Numbered from the stretch's first letter, positions 19,392-28,288 are shown. The stretch is DNA of 29,095 nucleotides from Candidatus Fraserbacteria bacterium (GCA_037442925.1 JBBIPG010000026.1:1-29095), one strand, 5' to 3'. A program made the numbers and translations. The notes: a model not told the origin generated them from the letters alone.

Positions 19392-20474
19392 CCGTGTTTC
19401 GCTGCCGGCTGACGGAGATAGGCCTCAATAAACTCGTCGATTTCCCCGTTCATCACGGCTTCCAGTTTGCCGGTCTCGATACCCGTCCGGTGATCTTTCA
19501 CCAGTTGGTAGGGATGGAAGACATAAGAACGAATTTGCGAGCCCCACTCGATGCTCTTCTGCTCGCCGCGAATCTGCGCGATCTCTTTCTCCCGCTCGCG
19601 CCTCTGAAGCTCATACAATCGCGCTTTCAACATCTTTAGGGCGATCTCTTTGTTCTGATGCTGCGAACGCTCCTTCTGACAGGCCACCACAATGCCCGTA
19701 GGCAGGTGCGTGATGCGCACGGCAGAGTCCGTCTTGTTCACGTATTGCCCACCGGCACCGCCCGACCTGTATGTGTCAATCTTCAAGTCTTCATCCCGGA
19801 TCTCCACATGGGCATCTTCGATGATGGGAATGACGGAGATAGCGGCGAACGAAGTATGCCGGCGCTGGTTGGCATCGAAGGGAGAGATGCGCACGAGACG
19901 GTGAACACCCTGTTCGCCCTTGAGATACCCATAGGCGTATGGCCCTTGCACTTCGACGGTGGCGCTCTTCAGTCCTGCGACTTCACCAGGGCTGGCTTCC
20001 AACACGCGATAGCGATACCCGCGCCGTTCGAACCAGCTGACGTACATGCGCAGAAGTATCTCGGTCCAGTCTTGCGCATCGGTTCCTCCGGCTCCGGAGT
20101 TCAGACTGAAATAGCAGGGATAGTTGTCGTAGGGGCCGCTCATGAAGATTTCCAACTCCAACTGATCGATCTGGTGCGCGAGCCTCTGCCTTTGGGTTTC
20201 GACTTCTTGAAGGGCTGTGGAATTGCCCTCTTCTTGAGCGAGTTCCGCAAGCACTTCGAGATCTTCCAGCTGATGCTCGATGTCTTGATATTTCTGGAAT
20301 TGAGCGCGTTGGAGTTCCAACTGTTGCGCGAGGGTCTTAGATCGCGCACGGTCATTCCAGAAGCCGGGCTCGGCCATCTGAGTTTCGAGTTCTTGGATAT
20401 GCGCTTTCAGCTGGCCCGCGTCAAAGGCGATCCCCGACGGTCGCAAGTCGCTGTCGCAGCTCTTTCAGATCCAT
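19388..20474 (-). CDS. prfB: Peptide chain release factor 2 with programmed +1 frameshift (~361 aa)
   Basis: SPF and GGQ motifs. True start ATG 20474 gives MDLKELRQRLATVGDRL, then CTT TGA C at 20426-20420, continuing in the +1 frame as DAGQLK. Confidence 0.95.
20420..20435 (-). promoter_or_regulatory. RF2 autoregulatory frameshift site
   Basis: GGG GAT CGC CTT TGA C: SD-like element, slippery CTT-T, UGA-C. Confidence 0.92.
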
Positions 20475-20509
20475 TTGCGTAAATTCTACGAGCATTTTAA
20501 GATCTGCTC
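20475..20509. promoter_or_regulatory. 35-bp divergent promoter region for prfB and rsmI
   Basis: Plus: TTGCGT-N17-TAAGAT, 6 nt before GTG. Minus: TAGAAT, 8 nt before ATG. Inverted repeat CGAGCA-N10-TGCTCG. Confidence 0.6.
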
Positions 20510-21211
20510 GTGGAACCTGCAAGCGCCCCAGGCACGCTCTATCTCGTCGCCACGCCCATTGGAAATCTCGAAGATATCACTCTGCGAGCGATTCGCACAT
20601 TGAAAGAAGTCGATCTCATCGTGGCGGAGGATACGCGACACTCGCGTCGCCTGCTCGAGCATTATGAGATCAAGACGCCCATAGGGCGCAGTCTCTTCGA
20701 AGGTGCGGAGCACAAGCGGGTTGAGCTGCTGATTGAGTTATTAAAATCTGGGAAGAGCATTGCACTCATCAGCGATGCGGGGACTCCACTCATTCAAGAT
20801 CCGGGGTACCCACTCGTGAGACAGGCAGTTGTCGAGGGCATCCGCGTGGTGCCGATACCAGGACCGACGGCGCTCATTGCTGCTTTGATCGCTTCAGGGC
20901 TTCCGACGGATCATTTCATCTTCGATGGTGTCCCACCCAAAGGTGAAGGGAAACGCCGGAAGTATTTTGAATCTCTCAGAGACGAGACTCGCACGGTGGT
21001 GCTGTATGAATCCCCACATCGCATCTTGAAGACTCTTAAGACTATCGCTGAAGTATTGCCCGAGCGCGAGATCGTCGCCTGCCGGGAACTCACGAAAGCC
21101 CATGAAGAGTTCTTGCGAGGCAGATCTGAAGATGTCTTGAGAGAACTCCGCGGACGCCCCAGTATGAAGGGGGAGTTTGTGCTGATAATCCGTGGAACAG
21201 AGCAGCGTTAA
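20510..21211 (+). CDS. rsmI: 16S rRNA C1402 2'-O-methyltransferase
   Basis: LYLVATPIGNLEDIT, AEDTR, ISDAGTP, YESPHR, RELTK, KGEFV. Confidence 0.96.
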   Translation: MEPASAPGTLYLVATPIGNLEDITLRAIRTLKEVDLIVAEDTRHSRRLLEHYEIKTPIGRSLFEGAEHKRVELLIELLKSGKSIALISDAGTPLIQDPGYPLVRQAVVEGIRVVPIPGPTALIAALIASGLPTDHFIFDGVPPKGEGKRRKYFESLRDETRTVVLYESPHRILKTLKTIAEVLPEREIVACRELTKAHEEFLRGRSEDVLRELRGRPSMKGEFVLIIRGTEQR

Positions 21212-21694
21212 CTACGTATGCTTATCTGCCACAGTGGATGCCGCGTAGGCATCGGGCTTCGTCTTAACCGCAAAACCTGAGCCGACGATCATGCCCACTA
21301 CTTCATCGATCAGCTCTTTGGTGGGACCACGCTCACCGACATCCACGTGGATCTCCAGGTTGTAATCGAGAGGCGTGCGCTCTTCTAGCTCTTCCATCAC
21401 GGCCTTGGCCAACTCGAACGAGAGCGTCGCTTCTTTGTAGATCTTCTGACGAAGCGTGTAGATTTTAGATTCTCTCACCCGACTCCAGAAGTATCTGGCT
21501 CCCTTGCCCACGCGATGAATAATAACGGCGCTCACGAAGTCCATCTCGCCCAAGCTGGAGTGGGAGTCCGTGCCGACAACAATCTGGTACTGAACCGTCG
21601 GGTCCTCCTCCATGACGCTCACGATATCGCAGATGACATCCTCGAAAGACATGCGGCCTTTAGTTGGGCTGTAGAATCGCTCTGTTAGCAACAT
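21212..21694 (-). CDS. RNase H-like YkuK (DUF458) family protein
   Basis: IVVGTDS, LRQKIYKE, LEIHVDVG, KPDAYAASTVADK. Start moved to 21694 (SD GGAG) because TTGGCG-N17-TATAAT overlaps ATG 21715. Confidence 0.85.
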   Translation of the reverse strand: MLLTERFYSPTKGRMSFEDVICDIVSVMEEDPTVQYQIVVGTDSHSSLGEMDFVSAVIIHRVGKGARYFWSRVRESKIYTLRQKIYKEATLSFELAKAVMEELEERTPLDYNLEIHVDVGERGPTKELIDEVVGMIVGSGFAVKTKPDAYAASTVADKHT

Positions 21695-21744
21695 GACTCC
21701 AACCTCAGCACCCATTATATCTCAAGAGTACCCACCCGCCAAGA

Positions 21745-23376
21745 TCAGAGCTTGTTGAGCAAGATAGAGATGCGGTCCCCCTCGAAGTGAACGATCACAA
21801 GATCTAAGAACCCGTCCTGATCGAAGTCGCCCGCTACCAGCGCCACAGGACTGCCATCGGCCGGGTACTCTCGGGCTTGTGATAGCGTACGGAATTGCCC
21901 AGCGCCATCGTTCAGAAGCACCGTCACCGTGTTGCTGCCGCTATTGGCAGAAGCCAAGTCCAAAGAGCCATCACCGTCGAAGTCCCCCACGGCCAATCCA
22001 TGTACACCTTCCCCTACGGGTATATCAGGAGCCAAGCTAAAGCGCCCCCGACCCGCTCCTAACAACACAGAGAGGTTCGCACTCTTGGAATTGGCGACTA
22101 CGAGATCCAGCCGAGCATCCCCATCCAGATCAAGAGAAGCCAGAGCCACCGGCCCCTCACCCACAGCACGCAGCCCCCCCTCGCGAAAGCCTCCCACACC
22201 ATCTCCAAAGAGCAGCGTGATCGAATCCCCATGGAAGTTGGCCACGGCCAGATCCGGCCGCCCATCTTCATCAAAGTCGCCGGAGACCAGTGCCGCTGGC
22301 CAGCGACCCACCGGAGTCGTCGAGGCCGTCTCAAAGAGACCTTGCCCGTTGCCCAATAGCACCGTCACTTGATCGGAGCCCGCGTCAGCAACTGCCAGAT
22401 CACTCGAGCCATCCCGGTTGAAGTCAGCCGAGGTGATGGCCGAGGCCCAGCGGCCAATACGGAGCTCATCTCCTTCTCGGAATCCTCGGCTCCCATCGTT
22501 CCATAGCAGGCGAACGCTTCCAGAGTCTAAGTGAGCGACGGCCAGATCCAGTCTCCCATCTCCGTCCCAATCGGCAGATGTTAGAGCTACCGGACGGCGC
22601 CCGACAGAGATCCTTTCTCCGCGGATCAAAGAACCTGCCCTTCCCCCACCGAAAAACAGCGAGACTTCATTGCTCTCACTGTTTGCTACGGCGACATCCA
22701 GCCTCCCATCTCCATCCAAATCGGCAGTGACCGCGCTCACAGGAGAGCGTCCCACGCGCAGATCTTGTGCGCTCATAAAATCGAGCACATGCACCGTCAA
22801 GGTCGCTGTACTGATAGCCCCACCCTGATCTGTGATGGTGAGTTGAACCGTAAAGCGGCCCCCTTGAGCATAGGTGTGTGTAGTGCGTGGTCCACTGGCG
22901 CTCTGCCCATCGCCGAAATTCCACTGGTAGCTCGTGATCGCATCGCCCTCCGGATCGAACGAGACGGAGCCATCAAAAGTGACCATCAGCGGTGGCCACC
23001 CCCTGATGGGCGAGGCGGTGAAAATCGCTTGCGGGGGTGGATTCCCCACTACGATGCGCACTCGATCCTGACCACGGGCCCCGAATGGATCACTGACCGT
23101 GAGCGTGGCAATATACACTCCATTTCGTCTGTACAGATGAGTGACCTTTGGCCCTTCGGCTCGTGTCCCGTCCCCAAAATCCCACTCATAGCGTATGAGC
23201 AACCCTTGGGGATCGAAGGAGAGAGAGCCGTCGAACTCCACCCGAAGCGGAGCGTCCCCTCGGGTCGGTGCGGCTTCGATAATGGCCACCGGCGGTTGGT
23301 TCCCCGTGAGAAGATCACAGCCAGTTAAGGCCAGCATCAAGAGCACATAGAGCCCAATCCCTCGCCATCTCACCAT
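21745..23376 (-). CDS. Lipoprotein with two PKD domains and an FG-GAP/VCBS beta-propeller
   Basis: Lipobox LTG-C; two YxWxFGDG motifs; seven D-[FLW]-[DN]-x-D-[GA]-x-x-D-[LV] repeats. Confidence 0.93.
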   Translation of the reverse strand: MVRWRGIGLYVLLMLALTGCDLLTGNQPPVAIIEAAPTRGDAPLRVEFDGSLSFDPQGLLIRYEWDFGDGTRAEGPKVTHLYRRNGVYIATLTVSDPFGARGQDRVRIVVGNPPPQAIFTASPIRGWPPLMVTFDGSVSFDPEGDAITSYQWNFGDGQSASGPRTTHTYAQGGRFTVQLTITDQGGAISTATLTVHVLDFMSAQDLRVGRSPVSAVTADLDGDGRLDVAVANSESNEVSLFFGGGRAGSLIRGERISVGRRPVALTSADWDGDGRLDLAVAHLDSGSVRLLWNDGSRGFREGDELRIGRWASAITSADFNRDGSSDLAVADAGSDQVTVLLGNGQGLFETASTTPVGRWPAALVSGDFDEDGRPDLAVANFHGDSITLLFGDGVGGFREGGLRAVGEGPVALASLDLDGDARLDLVVANSKSANLSVLLGAGRGRFSLAPDIPVGEGVHGLAVGDFDGDGSLDLASANSGSNTVTVLLNDGAGQFRTLSQAREYPADGSPVALVAGDFDQDGFLDLVIVHFEGDRISILLNKL

Positions 23377-23414
23377 CTGCCTCCCCCCCCCACAGTGCGC
23401 AATTTGCTGAGAGA

Positions 23415-23444
23415 ATCATAGAAGCGACGGCGAGGATTTGTCAA
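23415..23444 (-). promoter_or_regulatory. Promoter of the PKD/FG-GAP lipoprotein gene
   Basis: TTGACA-N18-TATGAT. Confidence 0.75.
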
Positions 23445-23456
23445 CAGAGAATTGCT

Positions 23457-25643
23457 CTAGCGCAATACGATGAATTTCTTGATTTGCCTCGTGAGGATCT
23501 GACCGTTCAATCCACGCACCGTTACCACGTAGAAATAGAGCCCATTGGCCCAGCTTCTACCCCAAGCGATAGCGAGTCGATCCCCATGCACCCAGCCGCT
23601 GTCAAAGCGCTGCTTACCCGATAGATCGAAGACCTGAACCTGCAGGTTTTGAAGAGCACTCCCCTTCGCCTGAAAGAGAATGGACCCAGAGCTCATCTGA
23701 ACAGTAACCGAGCTAGGCGGAAGGATTTCAAGCCACTCATCACCCTCGATGGGCTCTCCATTCATGCTCCCCGTGAGTCGATAGCGACCGGGTTCGACGG
23801 CCTCGGAAATAGAGAGTCGATAGATGACTTCGCGCGCTTCTCCCGGACCGATGGTAGGCCAGACCCACTGCGCTTGATTCAGGTCTTTCATGAACGTTAT
23901 GCGCGCATCTCCTGGATCTATGGTCTCTAGGGAGAAACCCGCAGGGAGCTGTTCACTCAGTGTAAGGCTTCCAAAGGTCGCTGCGGGCATGTGCACGGCA
24001 ATGCGCACTGTCACGCTCTCCCCGACTGTCACCTTCGAGTCCGACAGAGAACGAAGAGCCTGTGGTTGCCCCAGGAAGAGCTGGAGCTTTCCGGCTCCGC
24101 TCTCGACATCCGGCCCTAAAGGCTCAAGATCAATGGCATTGCGCTTCACCGCCTCCCAGAGCTGAGTCAGACTCCAATCGGGATGCTGAGACAGCAATAG
24201 GGCTGCAGCTCCTGCTACATGGGGTGCGGAGAACGAGGTACCAAAGTCACCTCGCACGCCATCGGGGGCCACCAGATCCGGCTTGATCCGCCCGTCGCTC
24301 GTCGGTCCCCGCGCACTGAAGCCTTCTACGATTCCCTCCTCCCAGAGAGAGGAACTCACAGCCCCTACGGCCAAGGCACACGTGCAATCCGCCGGGGCCA
24401 TCACACTCCCATGAGGGATGGCCGGTGTGATCTCATGTCCCAGACTGAAGAGCTTCAGATTCACGGCTCGACTGACGCGCTTGGCTCGCACCTTCAGTTG
24501 GTATACACCCGGATCTTCTACCAGATAGTCGAGCGACTCACGCGGTGGGTCCAAGCCCTGCTGGCGCGTCTCAGAGGAAGCGACAATCTCCCCTGCTCCA
24601 TTGAACAAGAAGAGATCGAGATCTTGAGCCGTCTGAGGCCAGTCATCCCACACCAAGACCAGACTGATCACCCCGCCAAAGCCGGCCCAGATGACCAGAT
24701 TCTCGCGTTCGTAGCCGAACTCCGTCCAGCCATCGCGGTCGCGATCCTGGAAGCGCCCCATCCAATGGCTCTCGGCTTGATTGCCCGCGGCATTCACCCA
24801 AAGTATCCCAGCGTCAGCGGCCCGACGTGCGATCTCATCGACGAGACCCGTGCCATCGCCAAAGTTCGTGTCAAACCAGCCGAGCGAGTGATTGATGATG
24901 CGAACCCCCAGGCGAATCGCATCCCGAACGGCGTTCTCCAACTCGACTTCCGTTCCCTCTTCCCCCAGACTCATCAAGACAAGCTGAGCTTCCGGAGCCA
25001 TCTCATGAACAATACGAGCCACTCGAGTCCCATGATCTGAGCCCATCTCAAGTCCTTGGCCGCCGTAATCTTTCGTTTGGTAGATGGCTCCGGCTTCGAT
25101 CCACCCCTTGAGAATCGCCTCGCTGAGCCCCTGAAAGCCGGCGTCGATGACAGCCACTCTGATCCCTTGGCCGCGGAAGCCATAGCTATGAAAGAGCAGC
25201 GCCCCGGTGGGAAGGGTTCCCGTGCTGTAGTCGATATGCCTTAGAGGCCGAAACGTGTAGGGGCGGCGGATGAAAGAAATTCCCGATAACTGGGCGATCT
25301 CACGCAGATGCCTGAGAGGCAGTCGCGCTTTCAGCAGATACTCGCTCTCCGCTTCGATGATACCTCCTAGAAATCGAAGTGGAGCCGGATCGAACTGGCT
25401 TGATCTGCCTTCGGGCTCAATGATGACCCGGACATATTGACCGCTCGGGTCGAGGGAGATGCCGTGTTCTTGTGCCCAGATGGAGGCTCTTGGGCCGGTG
25501 AAGTCGAGCAGTTGCAGCAGAGCCCCTTCAATTCGAGCAGGAGTAGAGTTGCTCTCGTCCGCGTTCGCCCCTGATAGATAAAAGAGATTCAGACTCCAGA
25601 TCCCGAGGAGGAGTAGGGTGAGTGGTCGAGGTTTCATTTTCAT
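23457..25643 (-). CDS. Secreted S8 peptidase with T9SS type-A-like C-terminal domain
   Basis: Triad VAVIDAG, HGTRVA, GTSFSAPH; C-terminus VQVFDLSGK...ANGLYFYVV...KKFIVLR. Confidence 0.92.
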   Translation of the reverse strand: MKMKPRPLTLLLLGIWSLNLFYLSGANADESNSTPARIEGALLQLLDFTGPRASIWAQEHGISLDPSGQYVRVIIEPEGRSSQFDPAPLRFLGGIIEAESEYLLKARLPLRHLREIAQLSGISFIRRPYTFRPLRHIDYSTGTLPTGALLFHSYGFRGQGIRVAVIDAGFQGLSEAILKGWIEAGAIYQTKDYGGQGLEMGSDHGTRVARIVHEMAPEAQLVLMSLGEEGTEVELENAVRDAIRLGVRIINHSLGWFDTNFGDGTGLVDEIARRAADAGILWVNAAGNQAESHWMGRFQDRDRDGWTEFGYERENLVIWAGFGGVISLVLVWDDWPQTAQDLDLFLFNGAGEIVASSETRQQGLDPPRESLDYLVEDPGVYQLKVRAKRVSRAVNLKLFSLGHEITPAIPHGSVMAPADCTCALAVGAVSSSLWEEGIVEGFSARGPTSDGRIKPDLVAPDGVRGDFGTSFSAPHVAGAAALLLSQHPDWSLTQLWEAVKRNAIDLEPLGPDVESGAGKLQLFLGQPQALRSLSDSKVTVGESVTVRIAVHMPAATFGSLTLSEQLPAGFSLETIDPGDARITFMKDLNQAQWVWPTIGPGEAREVIYRLSISEAVEPGRYRLTGSMNGEPIEGDEWLEILPPSSVTVQMSSGSILFQAKGSALQNLQVQVFDLSGKQRFDSGWVHGDRLAIAWGRSWANGLYFYVVTVRGLNGQILTRQIKKFIVLR

Positions 25644-25647
25644 TCAT

Positions 25648-26712
25648 TTAGAACTCAAAGGAGCGCCCAGCTCTTAGTCCTCCCTGCCGTAGGCCGCTCT
25701 GCGACATCCAAGAGAGTTTTCCACTGAGCTGGAAAAGAGCCAACTGAACATTGCCAGAGAGATCGAGAAGCCACAACGCCGGCGAGCCTGTGACCGTGCC
25801 CCCTAGCTTAAGACCCGATCGGTTCACATTCCCCGTGAGCAAGAGACTGGAAAACCCCTCCGGCCCCACACCCAGCCGGCCTTGCCAGAGATCACCAGTG
25901 CCTGTGGGCATCAACAAGCCATCTACGCTCAGATCTTGCCAGCCTTCCGGGCTGAAGCTCAGAGACCCTCCCAAGTGATTAGCGCCAAGCCCGAACTTAC
26001 GCGTCCCACCCACCTTGAGCTCCTGCCAGCCCGAAGGCGTGAACTGCAGTGACACATCCGCATCGAACTCCCCCAGGGAGCGACTCAAACTCAGCGCTGC
26101 ATCTAGCAATTGCGAATCGTCCGCAAGGAGATCCAACTGCCCAGAGAGTCCGAAAGTCATCTCATTGAACGAATGCTGAGCGGAGAACTGAAGAGGCTTC
26201 CAACCGGAGGGATCGATCTGCCCGTCCAGAGTCAGGCTCTCGCTCTCCCAATGGAACTTCTGACTCCATGTGGCGGCCTTGCCTTCCAGAACCTGTGCCT
26301 GTCCTTCAAGACTTAGCCCAAAGCCCGGGGGCTTCCATAGGCTCTTTAGGGTCCAGGTCCAACCCTCTTGGAAAGAGAGGCTCCCTTGGAGGTCCAGCTG
26401 GAAGTCAGGTCGCTGACGGGAGGCTTGTAGCTGCAAGACGAGCCCCTCTTGGAAGTTCAGCCCCAATCCCACGCGGTCTTCCCCAAAGTTCAGCGTCTCG
26501 GATAGGCTCCAGCGCAGACGCTCTCCCTGATAGCCCGCATGGGCAAAGAAGCTCCAGATTCCTTGGCTGAGCGTGGCTTCCACGTAGAGTTCCACTCCGG
26601 AACCCACAGTGAAGTTCGCTCCCAAAGCGGCATCCAGGCGTGCATTTTCTTCTGCCAAGCCGCTCCAGGGCAGAAGGAACACCACAAGCACTGCACACCA
26701 AGCTGGTCTCAT
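25648..26712 (-). CDS. Putative outer-membrane beta-barrel protein
   Basis: Signal peptide; alternating amphipathic Gly/Leu/Ser/aromatic strands; terminal Phe (RSFEF); 4 bp upstream of the S8 gene. Confidence 0.65.
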   Translation of the reverse strand: MRPAWCAVLVVFLLPWSGLAEENARLDAALGANFTVGSGVELYVEATLSQGIWSFFAHAGYQGERLRWSLSETLNFGEDRVGLGLNFQEGLVLQLQASRQRPDFQLDLQGSLSFQEGWTWTLKSLWKPPGFGLSLEGQAQVLEGKAATWSQKFHWESESLTLDGQIDPSGWKPLQFSAQHSFNEMTFGLSGQLDLLADDSQLLDAALSLSRSLGEFDADVSLQFTPSGWQELKVGGTRKFGLGANHLGGSLSFSPEGWQDLSVDGLLMPTGTGDLWQGRLGVGPEGFSSLLLTGNVNRSGLKLGGTVTGSPALWLLDLSGNVQLALFQLSGKLSWMSQSGLRQGGLRAGRSFEF

Positions 26713-26731
26713 GGCTTCGTGAGTTGCTGCC

Positions 26732-27298
26732 TCAGAAGATCTCCGCCAGCGGAATCTCCAACCCCGCCAGCAGGGAAGATCTCAAGACTTGCCGCTTCTC
26801 GTAGAGTCCCGCCCGCCGATAGCCCCTTGTCCCCAGCTGAAGCACCTCGATCGTTTCCATCTCGGGATCGACCAGCCAGTACTCCTTCACCCCATGGCGC
26901 GCATAGAGGGTGCGCTTGTACGTGCGATCCTTCTCTGCGGTAGTAGGCGAAAGGACTTCCACGACCAGATCCGGTGCGCCTCGGATCTCATCTGCATAGA
27001 TAATGCCGTGCCTGGCCTCAGAGATGAACAAGATGTCCGGTTGGACCACACGTTCGTCTCCGGCTTCTCCGAGCACCACATCCAAAGGTGCTACGTAGAC
27101 TCGGCCTACCTGATGCTCCCGCACAAATCGATACAGAAACGAGGCCAGTCCGATCGAGATCCACTGATGGGGCTCTCCCGGCGAAGGGGGCATGGGGACC
27201 AACTCTCCTTCTAAGAGTTCGTACCGCTCACGCTCTGAGTACGGCAGGCTCTTGTAGTCCTCATAGGTGAACTTGATTGGGGTCTGCACTTCTCCCAT
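26732..27298 (-). CDS. Uma2 (DUF820) family PD-(D/E)XK endonuclease-like protein, copy B
   Basis: RYELLEG, QPD, APDLVVEVLSP, YARHGVKEYWLVDP. Confidence 0.93.
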   Translation of the reverse strand: MGEVQTPIKFTYEDYKSLPYSERERYELLEGELVPMPPSPGEPHQWISIGLASFLYRFVREHQVGRVYVAPLDVVLGEAGDERVVQPDILFISEARHGIIYADEIRGAPDLVVEVLSPTTAEKDRTYKRTLYARHGVKEYWLVDPEMETIEVLQLGTRGYRRAGLYEKRQVLRSSLLAGLEIPLAEIF

Positions 27299-27373
27299 GA
27301 GCGATCACCGCTTGGAGTCTACTTCCTTCTCTTGAGGATGTCAACGAAATTAAGCTGCCTAGAACCATCCGTT
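27250..27373. repeat. 124-bp exact direct repeat (Uma2 5' end and promoter), copy 1
   Basis: Identical to 28972-29095 (offset 1722). Confidence 0.95.
27316..27344 (-). promoter_or_regulatory. Sigma70-type promoter of Uma2-B
   Basis: TTGACA-N17-TAGACT. Confidence 0.8.
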
Positions 27374-27410
27374 AATCCGTTCTCATCTCACATCCGTTGA
27401 CAGATAGCCC

Positions 27411-27448
27411 CAAAAGCCAAAGCCCCCGAGCGTATTGCCGGGGGGCTT
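27411..27448 (-). terminator. Intrinsic terminator, copy 1
   Basis: AAGCCCCC...GGGGGCTT stem followed by TGGCTTTT on the minus strand. Confidence 0.75.
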
Positions 27449-27588
27449 CTCAACTCCGTCCGTGATTTAGCTGTCAGCTTTCAGCCCTCAGCTAGCGATC
27501 AGCTACGCCTTTGCTGACTGCTGATCGCTGACCGCTGACAGCTCTTACCGCTGGACGACCAACTTTCTGACCTCGGTGCGGAGGACCT
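27417..27588. repeat. ~172-bp repeat unit, copy 1 (CTD-gene tail + heptamer hairpin + terminator)
   Basis: Matches 28258-28428 (offset 840); 27455-27561 is identical. Confidence 0.95.
27545..27586 (-). pseudogene. Orphan 13-codon tail of a CTD-bearing gene
   Basis: Translates VLRTEVRKLVVQR*; no start codon. Confidence 0.8.
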
Positions 27589-27974
27589 TATAGGCTCTCC
27601 ACTTCGCCGGACTCTTTGATGATCCGATCCTTCGTGATGATGGCTGCTGCATAGGAGCGTGCTGTTGCTGCGATAATCCGGTCATGAATCTCTACGATGC
27701 CTTTTAGCTTCACGGTCTCCTCGAAGATCTCCGGGCTAAAGCCGATGATCTCAAAACTTGGCTTCTCCTTGATGAGTCTATACATCTCTGGAAAATCGAA
27801 TTCGATTTTTTGTTTCTCGGCAATATCTAAGGACTCTGAAAGCACAATGGTCGGTACAAGGAGCCTACCGCCTTGTATCAGGCATTCATCAATAACTTCT
27901 TTGACTTTGCGCTTCAACCTCTTGCTGCCGATGAAGTACCAGATTAACGTATGGGTGTCCAGCACGTAATTCAC
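27588..27974 (-). CDS. PIN-domain (VapC-like) toxin
   Basis: YVLDTHTLIW, VPTIVLSE, EIHDRIIAATA, IITKD; GTG start directly after the upstream stop. Confidence 0.92.
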   Translation of the reverse strand: MNYVLDTHTLIWYFIGSKRLKRKVKEVIDECLIQGGRLLVPTIVLSESLDIAEKQKIEFDFPEMYRLIKEKPSFEIIGFSPEIFEETVKLKGIVEIHDRIIAATARSYAAAIITKDRIIKESGEVESL

Positions 27975-28193
27975 TTAGAGGTCCTCCAAATCCCGAAAGA
28001 GGGATCGTTTGGCTTGCTCGATCATCTCCTCAGTGATATCTCCCCCTTTCACACTGCCATAGAGGGAAGATGCTCTCTTATGGCGGGTCAATTTGGTATC
28101 CCTGATTAGCTCACGCTTCAAGAACTCTAACTCCCTTTCAATGGCTCGGATTCTCTCCATGAGTACTTTCGTATCTAAGCCGGTTCGGCTCAT
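27975..28193 (-). CDS. Putative cognate antitoxin (72 aa)
   Basis: Small gene coupled upstream of PIN; coiled N-terminal half, then SLYGSVKGGDITEEMIEQAKRSLF; SD GAGGTG before ATG 28193. Confidence 0.75.
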   Translation of the reverse strand: MSRTGLDTKVLMERIRAIERELEFLKRELIRDTKLTRHKRASSLYGSVKGGDITEEMIEQAKRSLFRDLEDL

Positions 28194-28214
28194 AAGGTCA
28201 CCACCTCTGCAACC

Positions 28215-28244
28215 ATCATAATCAAGGGGAGATCCCCCTGCCAC
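28215..28244 (-). promoter_or_regulatory. TA promoter with palindromic operator candidate
   Basis: GTGGCA-N18-TATGAT; GGGGA-ga-TCCCC (28226-28237) in the spacer. Confidence 0.55.
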
Positions 28245-28253
28245 TAAGAGGGG

Positions 28254-28288
28254 AAAACCAAAGCCCCCGAGCGTGCGCCCGGGGGCTT
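28254..28288 (-). terminator. Intrinsic terminator, copy 2
   Basis: AAGCCCCCG...CGGGGGCTT stem followed by TGGTTTT on the minus strand. Confidence 0.8.

Noticed and set aside
20421..20446. Track start of prfB (TTG 20446) or a prfB pseudogene
   Set aside because: Explained by the canonical CTT-TGA-C +1 frameshift from ATG 20474.
21770..22740. DNA-level repeats in the FG-GAP region
   Set aside because: Fully accounted for by protein propeller repeats.
28194..28244. N-terminal extension of the antitoxin from GTG 28244
   Set aside because: Overlaps the predicted promoter and operator; ATG 28193 has a proper SD.
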